Program-made: the position numbers and the translations under genes
Assembly: GCA_964016885.1 (NCBI GenBank)
Contig: OZ024743.1
Coordinates: 19,034,001-19,098,000 of the forward strand
DNA: 64,000 nucleotides
From: Eledone cirrhosa
Lineage: Eukaryota
Direction: 5' to 3'
Shown here: in pieces, positions 12,895-26,079 of the stretch
Layout: every line of letters starts with the position of its first letter
Position numbering within the stretch: the first letter of the stretch is position 1
Notes under the pieces: model-generated
The model's input: only the letters and a program-made list of their open reading frames with translations
What the model was told of the DNA's origin: nothing
Database searches by the model: none

Positions 12895-12960
12895 CATCCC
12901 AGTGGCGTGAATAGGATTATCGACCGCTAGAAATAGCAGCCGAGTCCTTTCAACTGAGTT
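12895..12960 (+). mobile_element. SINE 3' fragment
   Basis: ATCGACCGCTAGAAATAGCAGCC resembles a SINE tail motif I recall; no head is visible. Confidence 0.4.
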
Positions 12961-13007
12961 AGCTCTACAAATAAGTGGCCGTGTATATATCCAAAATTAA
13001 ATTAAGG

Positions 13008-13059
<52 letters not shown>

Positions 13060-13611
13060 CCCCCCCACACACATACACACACGCACACATATATATATAT
13101 ATATCTTTAAACTCATAGAAATATATTTTTAAATAGAATCCAAATGTGTAATTTGCGCTAAGTAAATACATCAGCAAAGGCATATTGCAAAAATGTAGAC
13201 CGGAAATGTGTTTACTGAAACATTAGTAATAAGTGTAAATTAAAATTAGGCAGCAGCTAAAAGTTGCAATTATTTAGACAAGGAACAGAGCTTAAAATGC
13301 CATATTAAATATATGATATATAAACGTAGAGAAAAGTCATATTTGAGATATCTCCGGTCTAGATTCAAGTGTAAAAATAAAACCGCTTCTTTATGAATGC
13401 ATCATATGATTAATGCATGTATATATTAATTAGAAAAATGAATGTTACTGCACATGATTATATATATGGGGTGCATATATGGATATACCATACATATAAC
13501 ATTCACGGATATTACTAAAATTTAGTACATAATGCTTATTTATGCCACAAATTTATGCCACATTTTTTTTATTCAATATGTTTTCTAACAAAAGTAAAGA
13601 TGTGAATATAT

Positions 13612-13670
<59 letters not shown>

Positions 13671-14189
13671 CTATTCGTTTTATGAAATCTATGTAAGGGG
13701 GTATTTAATATCTCAAATGTAGAGAGGTCCACAATCATGCATACACAAATGCATACATATACAGACAAAGTCGATGTTTGACAGCATTCTTTTATGTTAT
13801 TTTACTTTGTTCCATATTCATCATTTACACAATGTTTGCGGCTCTAAATAATATCCAAAATTTCTAATTACAAATATGTTTCGAATAATACGTGTATGAG
13901 AAAATAAGTAAATAACGAAAGTTAAATAATCTATCAGACTATTTAAGTATAGTGGAGTTTTGTGAAGATTTGCGATAATAAAATAATATTTTCGTATATC
14001 TTATTTTGTTTGAAAATCGATACGTAGTCAATGTTAGTAACGTGTTATTATCACTGCCTGAATTCTTGAAGCAAGATAACGAGATTAACTAAGTCTCGCG
14101 ATTTTTCCAGCGCTAATTTCCCTATGTTTGTTTCATGTAATCATTCTTCATTGATTAGTTATCTCTGTAGCTGACACACACCTATGCAT

Positions 14190-14407
<218 letters not shown>

Positions 14408-14480
14408 CATATATATATGTACATATATATATATATACATATATATATGTACATATATATATATGTACATATATATATGT

Positions 14481-14518
<38 letters not shown>

Positions 14519-14522
<4 letters not shown>

Positions 14523-16204
14523 TTACGAGATGCGGTTTCTTATTCAGGTACAACCTCTGATTTTAGCCTAAGAAAATATCTATATGCGTGTGTAATTTAT
14601 ACACGAGGCATATATTTATTTTTTTAATTTCAATTGAGTTCTTAACACGTTGGATTAATAATGTTTTCGAAAAAACTAATTAACCCGCGTGTATATTATT
14701 TTTTTTCCTCCTTTCGTGGATCGTAGTTGTCTCCCCTTCCCGCTTAGTGACGCTAAAATACTTCCTCAGTCAAAAACTGCTGGAATTTCAAATTTGCCGG
14801 TCATTCGATGCGGGAAGGAGCAACTTAAACAGACACGAATTTTAACTGCGGTAAGCACATTTTTTTTTTTTTCTTATATCAAAGTTTAATGGGCTTCCAC
14901 TGATGATTTATAAGTGCCCACCTAAATATATTCTAACATGAATGTATTTTAGGCTTCTACATAAACTGGAAATATTCTCCGAGATTGTAGAAAACTTATA
15001 ATGAAACAATTGTTTGGAAAGAGAGATGTATTTTAACTTTAATTATATCTCATAAAATAATACAACTGGCTTTTCCACATAATACATATTGTTAGCACCC
15101 CAAACACTTAAATTGGGTTTATATTAAAATATAATCTAATGTTTGTTGAGTGAGATGGTTAACAGTCAGAGAATAGCTTTAAACTATCTTTGTTATTGTA
15201 TTAATATTTTACTCTTGATTGGCCAGAGGTGTTTATTTCCAGGTACCTTATAAATTTAACTTTCCGTATTTATTACTGTTGTGCGATATTGTGGTTTTTA
15301 TTGGTTGTAACTTCTCTGTTTTTTAGCCTAAGAAAATATATATATGCCTATGTATATAATTACATACATACATTTATTTTTTAAAATTAATTGAGTTCTT
15401 TACACGAGGAACTGATATTGGTTTTGAAATAACTAATTAACCCGCGTGTGTTTTATATTTTACTCTTAATTCGGCCGGAGATTTACATTCCCATTTGCCC
15501 TTTAAAGCATAACTTTCCGTGTTTACTATGGTTACGAGATGCGGTTTCTTATTCAGGTACAACCTCTGATTTTAGCCTAAGAAAATATCTATATGCGTGT
15601 GTAATTTATACACGCATATATATATTTTTTTAATTTCAATTAAGTTCTTAACACGTTGGATTAATAATGTTTTCGAAAAAACTAATTAACCCGCGTGTAT
15701 ATTATTTTTTTTTTCTCCTTTCGTGGATCGTAGTTGTCTCCCCTTGCCGATTAGTGACGTTATAATACTTCCTCAGTCAAAAACTGCTGGAATTTCAAAT
15801 TTGCCGGTCATTCGATGCGGGAAGGAGCAACTTAAACAGACACGAATTTTAACTGCGGTAAGCACATTTTTTTTTTCTTATATCAAAGTTTAATGGGCTT
15901 CCACTGATGATTTAAAAGTGCCCACCTAAATATATTCTAACATGAATGTATTTTAGGATTCTACATAAACTGGAAATATTCTCCGAGATTGTAGAAAACT
16001 TATAATGAAACAATTGTTTGGAAAGAGAGATATATTTTAACTTTAATTATATCTCATAAAATAATACAACTGGCTTTTCCACATAATACATATTGTTAGC
16101 ACCCCAAACACTTAAATTGGGTTTATATTAAAATATAATCTAATGTTTGTTGAGTGAGGTAGTTAACAGTCAGAGAATAGCTTTAAACTATCTCTGTTAT
16201 TGTA

Positions 16205-16210
<6 letters not shown>
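14519..16210. repeat. Local tandem duplication with ~1009-bp period (14519-15200 vs 15528-16210) plus a diverged third sub-copy near 15320-15450
   Basis: Near-identical sequence starting GGTTACGAGATGCGGTTTCTTATTCAGG at 14521 and 15530. Confidence 0.93.
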
Positions 16211-16280
<70 letters not shown>

Positions 16281-16323
16281 ATCTTTTTTCTTCTTCTTCT
16301 TCTTATTCTTCTTCTTCTTCTTC

Positions 16324-16375
<52 letters not shown>

Positions 16376-17918
16376 AGTTGCATTTATCTTGCTTTATGTT
16401 CATACGAGTTATCACCAAGTCACAACCAGTGCCCTCAAGAGACAACAAGGTACGCCATGTTCAAGAAAGAACATACATATTCACATATGCATCTTTAGTG
16501 TTTAGACTTGTGATGTACTTATATTGACAGAATCTTCCTTAGTATATGGGCAGTTCCCATTAGTACTATATTTTGTATTTCTCCTATACGCGGGTTTCCT
16601 GGGATTTGCGATAAGTAGTCATTAGACCCCTTAGGTATCATTCCCAGAGCGCCTACAACCACTGGTATTGTTTTAGTTCTCAATTTCCACATTTTTCCAA
16701 TTTCTATCTCCAGGTCCTTATACTTTCTCAATTTTTCAAATGTTTTTATAGATACATTCTTGTCTATTGGAACAGACATATCAATTAGCAGGCATACTCT
16801 CTTTTGAAAGTCCTTCAATATTATATCAGGTCTATTTGCATCTATTTTTCGGTCTGTTTGGATGCTAAAGTTCCACAAGATTGAGATCTGATCTTTTTCA
16901 AGTATGGGAGGTGGTTGATGCTCCGACCAATTCTTTTGATGGGGCAGGTCAAAATGCTTACACATTATCCAATGTATGTATTGTGCAGCTCTGTCATGCA
17001 TGTTTAGGTATTCGGTTGGAGCTATAGGACTGCACATTGAAAGTATATGGTCAATGGTCTCTGGTTGTTTTTTGCATACACGGCATAATGGGCTGCACCC
17101 ATTTTTTATTATGTTGGCTTGGTAATTTTTTGTTGGCAGACACCGATCTTGTGCCGATATAATCAGTCCTTCAGTCTCCGATTTCAGTCCAGAGGATGCC
17201 AACCACTGATGGGTTAAAGTTTTGTCAACATCAGGATTGTTAGCTCGCTCTGGGTATTTTCCATACAGAGGCTTTTCTTGCCATTTCTTAGCCAGTTTCT
17301 GTAGCAGTTCTTTCTTTGCAGTTACTTTTACCTGCTTTGCTTTTTCTGTGTTTTCCATTTCAGCAGTAAATGGGACTTCTGAAATTTGTAGTCCATTACT
17401 GTATCTTTGTGCATCTTTTGTAATGGAATATGATCTTTTGATGCTTTCGTGTTTCAAAACGAGTTTGATCATCCAATCATGTGATTCTCTTAGATATGTA
17501 GATAATCCAATTGTTGCAGTTTTCAACGCAATGTCTAACTGGATTAACCCACGTCCTCCTTCTTTCCTAGGGAGATATATTCTATTTATATCTGCCTTAG
17601 GGTGATGCATTCTGTGCATGGTTAAGAATTTTCGAATTTTTGTATCGAGCCTACCGATCTCTGTGCATGACCAGTTGATGACATTGTAACTGTAGGTTAC
17701 TACTGGTATAGCAAGCGTGTTTATGGCATCGATCCTATTGCTTGCATTCAATTCAGTTCTTAAGATTGCTCTTACTCTGCGGTAACATTCCTTCCTTATC
17801 CTTTCCCTCATTGTCGAGTGCTTGATTCCGTCTCCTTCACAAACACCTAGATATTTGTAAGTTTTTTCTTGATCAAGTTCTCTTATCACGTTCCCCCGAT
17901 CAAGATTAATGTCTGATT
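16376..17918 (-). mobile_element. 5'-truncated R4/Dong-clade non-LTR retrotransposon, family A (RT C-terminus, CCHC, restriction-like endonuclease)
   Basis: Uninterrupted ORF 16519-17889 with YKYLG, RIYLPRKEGGRGL, CRVC...ETIDHILSMC, NRPDI, EKLRKYKDL and PVVVGALG. 3' end abuts (TAA)n at 16324-16373. Confidence 0.93.
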
Positions 17919-17936
17919 CTTCTTCTTCTTCTTCTT

Positions 17937-17967
<31 letters not shown>

Positions 17968-17969
17968 TT

Positions 17970-18047
<78 letters not shown>

Positions 18048-18057
18048 GTTATTGTTA

Positions 18058-21000
18058 TTCCTTGAATCTCAGTCATTGATGTTGGTTAACTGGAAAGTCC
18101 GTTGGATTGAATATCAAGCCACTACCTGCAGCCTCAGATATTCAGGACGTATCGGAGGGTTCTTGCCGTTCCAAGCAAGCATGCCTTTTGAAGCGTTCCA
18201 AAAAGCGTGAAGGGGCCGATTTTCTTTAACCATCCCTGGAAACCTTTGGAGATAGTCCCCAGTGCGCCTATGACAATCGGGATCACTTTGACTTCATGGC
18301 AGTTCCAAATCCTTTTCACCTCCCACTTTAGGTCCTGGTATCGGTTAATTTTCTCCCTCTCCTTCTCTTGCACTCTCGTGTCGAACGGGCAGGCCACATC
18401 CACAATCAGGCACGATCTTTTTTCTTTGTCCACAACCACCAGGTCAGGTCTATTGTGTTCCAGTTTTTTGTCCGTCTGTATCCTAAAATCCCACAGCACC
18501 TTCACCTGACTGTTCTCCATCACCGCCTCTGGCCTATGCTCATACCATTTCTCAGAATGTGGTAGATTGTTTACTTTGCACAGGTGCCAGTGGATCACCC
18601 TGCCCATCACATCGTGTCTCCAGCCCTTATAGTGGGTCTGGGCTAGGTGTTTACACTCGGACACAATGTGAGCCACAGTCTCCTCTCTCTCTCCACAGAT
18701 CCTGCACAGTGGGCTAGCCTCCTCCTTGTAGATATGGTGCTTCAACCACTTCGTTTTGAGGGCCTGCTCCTGCGCAGCCATTAGCATTCCTTCTGTAGCC
18801 TTTTTGAGGTCTCCTCTTCTCAACCAGTTCCATGTCTGTGGATCTCTAAATTCAGTTTTCTCAAAGAAGGTACTATGAAGGGATTTTCCCTTAAGGCTGC
18901 TCTTCCTCCTTGATGTTATTTCCTCCTTGGGTATCCCCTGGCCTACTGTCCCCTCCTTCAGTACAGTTCTGAGCATTGGCTCCTTACTATAGGTCACGTA
19001 TGTGTATAGGTTGTTTTTCTCCATCTGAACACAGTCCTCTATGCTGATAAGACCTCTTCCACCCTCAGATCTCCTTAGGTAGAGTCTATCGACATCACTC
19101 CTCTTGTGGAACATGTTGTAGATAGTCAATAGCTTCCTAGTCTTCCTATCCATTTCTTTTTGTTCAGCAACATTCCATCTCAGAATTCCCGCACTGTACC
19201 TAATAATAGACACAGCTCGGGAATTTACTGCGCTTATGGCATTTCTGCTGTTCAGATGTGACTTCAATACGCTCCTTACTCTCCGAATGTATTCAGTTCT
19301 TAACAATTCCTTCATTTTTTTGTTCTTTATGCCATCAGCCTCCAGAACGCCCAAATACTTGTATCCTTCCTCAGAGTCAATTTCCTTTATCATCTCACCT
19401 GTTGGTATCTGGATCCCGTTACTTCTGCTCAACCTACCCCTCCTCATCACAATGACTCCACATTTACCAACACCAAACTGCATACATATATCACTGCTGA
19501 AAATACGGACAGTGTCAACAAGCACATCCAACTCCTTCTCACTTTTCCCGAAGAGCTTAAGATCGTCCATGAAGAGGAGGTGATTGATGGTAAGCTCTCC
19601 CCTTCCCAACTTGTATCCTGCTCTCACTTTTCGCAGCATAATGGAAATCCAGGAATGGAGATCCAGGAATGAGGCACCATGTCAAATGCCTTTCTGTAGT
19701 CTATCCATCCCATGGCAAGATCAGTGTGTCTCCTCCTGCAATTCCCCATTACCATCTTATCAATAAGCAACTGGTCCTTTGTACCACGTGACTTCTTTCG
19801 GCATCCTTTCTGTTCGTCCGGCAACAAGTTGTTTGTGTGGAGGTGATGGTAGATTTCCTCAGACACAATGCTCGTCAACAGTTTCCACATTACGGGCAGA
19901 CATGTGATAGGTCTATAGTTGGTAACATCATTACCCTTGATTCGGTCTTTCGTTATCAGAACTGTGGTACCTTTTGTCAACCACTCTGGCACCTCACCCG
20001 ACACCAAGCAGTCATTGAACATGGCCGTCAGCTTCGGGTGGAGGGATGTTAAATGTTTAATCCAATACCCCTGCACACCATCTGGGCCTGGTGATTTCCA
20101 GTTGGTTAGTTTTTTGGCTTGCCCCTTAAGAGTTTCAACTGTGATACTCAAATCAGTCTGTTGCTGTGCCTGCTCACCGATCTCCCTCTGTACTGTCTCA
20201 ATCCACCCTGCCTGGGCATTGTGTCTAACATCCTGCTCCCATATTCCTCTCCAGAATGTTTTAGCTTGTTCCGCCCCAGGGATCAAGTCGGTGCCTCTTT
20301 CTTTCCCCTCAAGCTGTCCAAACAGCATCTTCTGGTTGTTGTCGAACATGCGGTTCTGTTTATACTGACTGACTCTGTTCTCGTATCGCCTGATTTTGGC
20401 ACTCTTTGCTACAATGCGTTGCTTCAATTCCTCTATGATAATATTTAGCTTTTTACTCCTAGTTTTGTATTTTATTTCCAGTCTATTTTTAGTGCCTATG
20501 TTTTTTAGTGTCCCATTCAGTAGTGACTCAAGCTTTCCTATGTCATTTCTCATTTCCCCGATTTGCCCACTCAGTCGCTTCTTCCACCACGGCTCTGCTC
20601 TTTCTTGTCTGTTGTTTCCTCTCGCTTTTATACCAAGTAGTTTCCTCACCGTATTTGCTGTTGCTTTGAGGATATTGTTGCACTGGTGAAGACTCCTCGC
20701 CTCAAGGTATGGGATGACTTTGTTTACCTTAGCTGTTGTTTCTTTTAACTTTTTCCTGTCTACAAATCTTAGGTTCATAGGTCTCCCACTATCATTGTTC
20801 AACTCATCTACCACTAAATTTAGGATGTCAACCGAATCTTGTCCTAGCCCGTCAGCATTCATCTCCTCAGTGGCCGTATCTCTGTTCCAGGTATTATTTA
20901 TCTCAGTATTCAGATCATTGTCTGCTTCGGGTGGTTCCTCCGCTCTCAGGACCTCCTCACCTTCATTTCCCGCCGGCTCGCTTGTCTGGCATACTACACC

Positions 21001-21682
21001 CGCCATCTCCAAGCCATTCTCTCTGCTCAGTTCCTCCAGTTCCAGCTCGCTTATCCACCCATTAGTTCTTATTACCCGAGCCTGCCCGGCCAATTTTTGT
21101 TCATCTAATTTAAATAAACCAATCTCGTTCCAGATGTTATGCATCCGTCTCCTGTAGCCCCTCTCCTTGGGGTTACTTTTCAGGTAGCATTGCATAACAG
21201 TTCTATTCAATTCTTTCGTCCAGTTGGTTCTGGCCCCTTTCCTTCTTCTTCTTCCTCCAACATCAGCAGTATTTCGTTGACAGTCAGGTTCCTGCTGCTG
21301 AGCCAGGGGGCACCTGTTGGGTGAGAGTCTGTCACATGACGTTCTAGTCTCCATTTCACCGTTATTCGAACTGTTTATGTTCGATATTTAAACACTCTTA
21401 TCGAGGATTGGCGAATGTATGTTTACATAGCCATCTGTGGATCCGCCATCCCACTTGGCCCTTGTGTGGCATTATCACCACGCTGTATACGGACACACAT
21501 AAACAAACAAACACACGGGCAGAAAGGGCCCCAAAAATGAATAAGCATAAGTTTCATTGTAATGTAGTATTCGAATGTCTGACTTAGTTTTTGTTTTTTA
21601 AGTTTTACTTTTTCCCCCCTCTTCTCTGTCCGTCCGCCTGCTTCTCTCTTCATTCTTATTTTCTTTACGTTTTTGGGGTTTC

Positions 21683-21687
<5 letters not shown>
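18058..21687 (-). mobile_element. Near full-length R4/Dong-clade LINE, family B, with an internal RT deletion
   Basis: ORF 19624-21354 has the N-terminal WTKELN...CY...GYRRRMH.IW...EQKLAGQAR motif and RT motifs KSPGPDG, YRPITCL, EQKGC and IDYRKAFDMVPHSWI. ORF 18134-19639 has HLLFMDDLKL, CRIC...HIVSEC and NRPD. The QG.SLSP segment is missing at ~19640. (TTA)n lies on both flanks (18000-18050, 21688-21745). Confidence 0.95.
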
Positions 21688-21745
<58 letters not shown>

Positions 21746-21747
<2 letters not shown>

Positions 21748-21835
21748 TTTAGCCACTTATTCCTGAGATGGTCGTGGTTGCAGAGTCCTCAAACACTCCT
21801 TCCAATATGTTGCGTCAGAAGCAACCATCTATAGC
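21746..21835 (-). mobile_element. Short old LINE 3' end whose tail may be the (TAA)n array
   Basis: Minus strand reads ...GACGCAACATATTGGAAGGAGTG...CAACCACGACC...GGCTAA then (TAA)n. Loosely resembles a LINE C-terminal D...W motif. Confidence 0.35.
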
Positions 21836-23739
21836 CAACTAAATTTAATTACGTAAAACATGCATGAATATATCGTATTCTGGATATCTGGAATATAACG
21901 TTTACTGGACATAACTAATGTTGAAAAGTGAAGTGGTCATTAATTGAAGTTTAGCTCAATAATTTCGCTGCAAAGTTAATTTATTAAATATAACACCCAA
22001 CATACCCAAATGTAAGCATACATTATATTATAAACTGAACGACACCCTCTCTTATATCAAGTATGGGTTTAGCCATCGTTACCCATCGTTAGTTCCAAAC
22101 ATCAAACTATGAGATTTTTGTAATGAAGAAATATATGACATTGATGCAACTTAACACATTAATACTCTTAACGCCAACTGTTTTAAGGATAAATATATTC
22201 CCAATCCTGAGTCACACGTTAAATATAACCAATAATGTATAATCATTTGTGTTAATTGTAGTTTTTCATTAAAATTTGAAATACATTTCATGAAATATAT
22301 TCATACTAACGTAACACTCAAGTACCTGTCGCTAAACGTTTAAATGATTAAATAAGAGAAACAGTATAAATATAACATATGCCCCCGCCACCGATATGAA
22401 GATCATTTATACAAGCTGCTATACCAAAGAACGTGTAAACACTTGATCCATAATGTGTTGATAAAACTGATATCAATGGAGCACATATTCCTTCCAATAA
22501 TATTTCCGTTAATATATGTAAATATTACTATACCGGTACAGTGGCAGATAAATGCGCATAATTCTATTTCAGCTATACCGATTTCTTAAAAGAGGTGACA
22601 AAATGGAATGTGATAACCATATCCAGCTATGATTAGATACTGAACGTGTGGGATACTGTAATAAATAACTAATGGAATGTACTTGCATGAGGCTTGCCAT
22701 ATGTGACATTCAATAATTCATTAAAAAATGTCAAATTGAGTCACATTGCAACTAATCTTACCAACATAATATATTATAATCTTCAATGGTTTCAGAGATT
22801 TCAGAGTGAAACTCCTAGTTAATATAAATACACTCGGGAACTAGACTAAATAGATAAACCGCATTGTAATAGTTCATGAAACTATGCATAATCATACACA
22901 CGGGTTTTACTACGTTTTTATAATCGGCAACATTCATTGATTTCTTACAATAGAACTTTCCCGGAAAATTCTAGTGATGTTAGTATGAATACTTAAATTC
23001 ACCTACAAATATATGGCTTGAATTTACTGTTTCTGCTTATGAAAAATTGAATTCAGTGAAAATATGTTTAATTCATATTTTATCACAACTATACCCTTTA
23101 TTGCCTTCAATATATACAATAAAATATTTTAAAGGCTGCCAATTAAATATATTTTTAGATACCTGTTGTTTTGAAGGTTATGAAATGAAATTTTTTTTAA
23201 TATGTACATCTTTCTTTTCTAGATATATTCACTATACTGCATAAAACACAATTGAGCACTATAGCAATATTAACTTCTAATATAAATATTAACCAATGAA
23301 TAGAATGTGATACAGTTATCTTTGAAAAAATCAAACAGATTAGTTATGTATAAAAAGCTTCAAATACAAATATGGATCTATACATACATGCAGCGCCATC
23401 TGTCACATAATAGCGCACGCTGGTTCCAAATGCACCTTCTAATAAAGCAACCACTTACATACAGATTTGTGCATGAGTAAAAGTGGTTGCATGTGTGAGT
23501 TTTTACATCATATGTGTCTCTATTGTATGGGCATACTTAAACTAAGTATTTATTTATTAGTTCAATTTCTGTGGTTTATAAGTATGTGTGTGCTAGCATA
23601 TGTTTATCAGTGTGAAATGAATATTTACTCTCAATAGATATTAGATTAGTAAAGCTAAGATATATTTAAGCCCTGCAGTGAAAATATAGGCAAATATGTA
23701 CGCAGCAAAACATATTTGTTATACAGGTTCTGCGGCTAA

Positions 23740-23930
23740 TAATTGTTTCTACATTTGGCACAATGCCAGTAATTATCGCAGTACGTTACTTGTACTTTAT
23801 TTTATAGACTCTGTAAGGATGAAAGGCAAAGTTAACCTCAGCGTAATTTGAACTCAGAATAGCAAGGGCCGTAACTCTATGTGTCAAATCATGGCGTCGG
23901 ACCCTCTACCGATACTGCCAATCCGCCGTG
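23740..23930 (-). mobile_element. tRNA-derived SINE, family 1
   Basis: Minus-strand A-box-like TGGCAGTATCGGT and B-box-like GAGTTCAAATT. The core TTTGCCTTTCATCC is shared with copies at 53665, 55380 and 55752. Confidence 0.85.
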
Positions 23931-25420
23931 ACTTTGCATTAGCTGCCGTAGGATCAAAGTAATATTTATAAACATATAACTCATTTTATTATACATGTAG
24001 TTACTCAGCCTATAGATTATTGCACTATGGTATTTGTTACACTTATGTCTATCCGAACTAAATACATTACGGATTGAAATATTAGAATGCCAAAATATAT
24101 TTATCATAGACGAACCTTCAAATTTGGATGCTCGCCTGAGCTTCAAATTTCCCACGTTGAGAGAAAATTCGAGGAATCAATATTTGTTTGAAAAATCTAT
24201 GTGACAGGAAATTCGGATTTTCAGCCACTCTCTTGATACATAGGTAATTATAATTGTTATTTTCATTCGCCCTTCTCCTTCTAATGCAAAATCAGATTAT
24301 TACCGGCAAAACGTGTATAACAATTACGTTTGCTGCGTATATATTCACATAGATTTTAACAGCGGGTTTAATAAACTATCGTAATTGGTGCATTAAATAT
24401 ATCTTAACGTTACTAATATACTGTATATATAGAGAGAGAGATGGAAAGAAGAGAAAGAAAGAAAGAAAGAAGTGAAGACCATTTGATTGTATCACTACTT
24501 ATGGTAGTTTAATCAGATGTCCCCATATCTAATTTTTATGTGCATTTATACATCAATTTGTTTCTATGGATAATCACATGTAATGCATCACACGAACAAT
24601 AATTGATAATTTCAGATATTAAACGATAACAGACGTTCGGTTATGTGTGATGATGCCTTTACTCCGAGAACATCCCACAATGATTGTTTAAGTAGCGCTT
24701 AAATCATTGATCTATGTGTTGGTTTAAATAACTCTTTTCATTTTAAATATTTGTTCATGTATTAAGTCGGTACTTTGAGGAACTGAATTTGCAATTAAAT
24801 ATAGAACAATGTAAATTCTCATATAAAAGACTGGACTTTCATATGTAGCAAAGAAAGTTATTTGTTTCGGAGGAGTGGGGATAAAGTAGCTTACATTATG
24901 AGATTTCGAAGAACGTTCCATTCAGAGCGGAATGGAGATATGATGTTACGGAAGAAAGAAAGAAATACGGAAAGGAGTGGATAAGAAGATAGCAAAAAGA
25001 GTGAGGGTTTGATACAGAATAGAAATTAAGAGAAATGGAAAGGAAGCTAAGAAGATGAATATAGAATCCCAAATGGATGGGCGACTCATTTTATAGTTTC
25101 CAGGAAATCTACCATGATCACTCCATTTAATAAGATCAATGCAGGCATATTGAAAGACATTATCTAAGGATTGAATACTAACGAGGGCAATGCAACGAAT
25201 AGTGCACTGGTACGGAGATTTGAAGAATATAACAAAAGCCTATTCAATTAATTCAGGATGCGAGTCTAATTGTTCGCAGCTGCATATTTAATGTAGACAC
25301 CGATAAAAGAATCCAATATCTGAGAATTCATCTGATTTCCATAAATGACACATTAATGAGTAGTTCTACATGAGGGATAATCGTGGTGCGCGATGAGTAC
25401 TTCTCTCTCTCTCTCTCTCT

Positions 25421-25474
<54 letters not shown>

Positions 25475-25550
25475 TTCTCTATCTCCCTCTCTCTCTACCT
25501 CTCTGTATATATATATATATATATATATACATATACTTATACATATATAA

Positions 25551-25654
<104 letters not shown>

Positions 25655-25670
25655 ATGTGTGTGGGTGTGT

Positions 25671-25710
<40 letters not shown>

Positions 25711-26079
25711 AAGTATATGTGTGTATATATATACGTAGATAAATCTACCAAAATATACGGTAGTGTCCAATCTGTATGAAGAACTCAATGTAATCCTAAT
25801 ATAGAGGATATCATAAAAAGATAAGATGCATTCAAAAATTTACGATAAAAGTCATAGGAAAACAGAGTCGAGGTAAATTAATAAAAACAATGAAATACAA
25901 AGAACAAGTTCCTTATATCAACAAATTCATCATTTTACGATCGTTTCTGGGTTGTATATGTGTGTTGGTATGTATATCATGTTTAGGATCTATGTAAAAA
26001 TATTACAAATTATCAGAGAAAATATACATAGCTTCACATATACATGCAGTCTTCAGAAATGAGGACGTCATGTATATGT

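Noticed and set aside
14700-14775. CTGAGGA...CGAAA on the minus strand (also 15715-15780, 40300-40350, 54750-54800 and 39208-39270)
   Set aside because: No convincing combination of stem I, stem II and NUH triplet; compatible with chance.
17222-21324. Plus-strand ORFs overlapping the R4 elements, and minus-strand ORFs over the RTE at 49439-52285
   Set aside because: Antisense shadows of the retrotransposon ORFs with no independent motifs.
21425-21535. Possible HDV-like ribozyme in the R4 5' UTR (GGCCCTT/AAGGGCC helix)
   Set aside because: I could not find the L3/P1.1 pairing or a catalytic-C J4/2 segment; at most a structured UTR.
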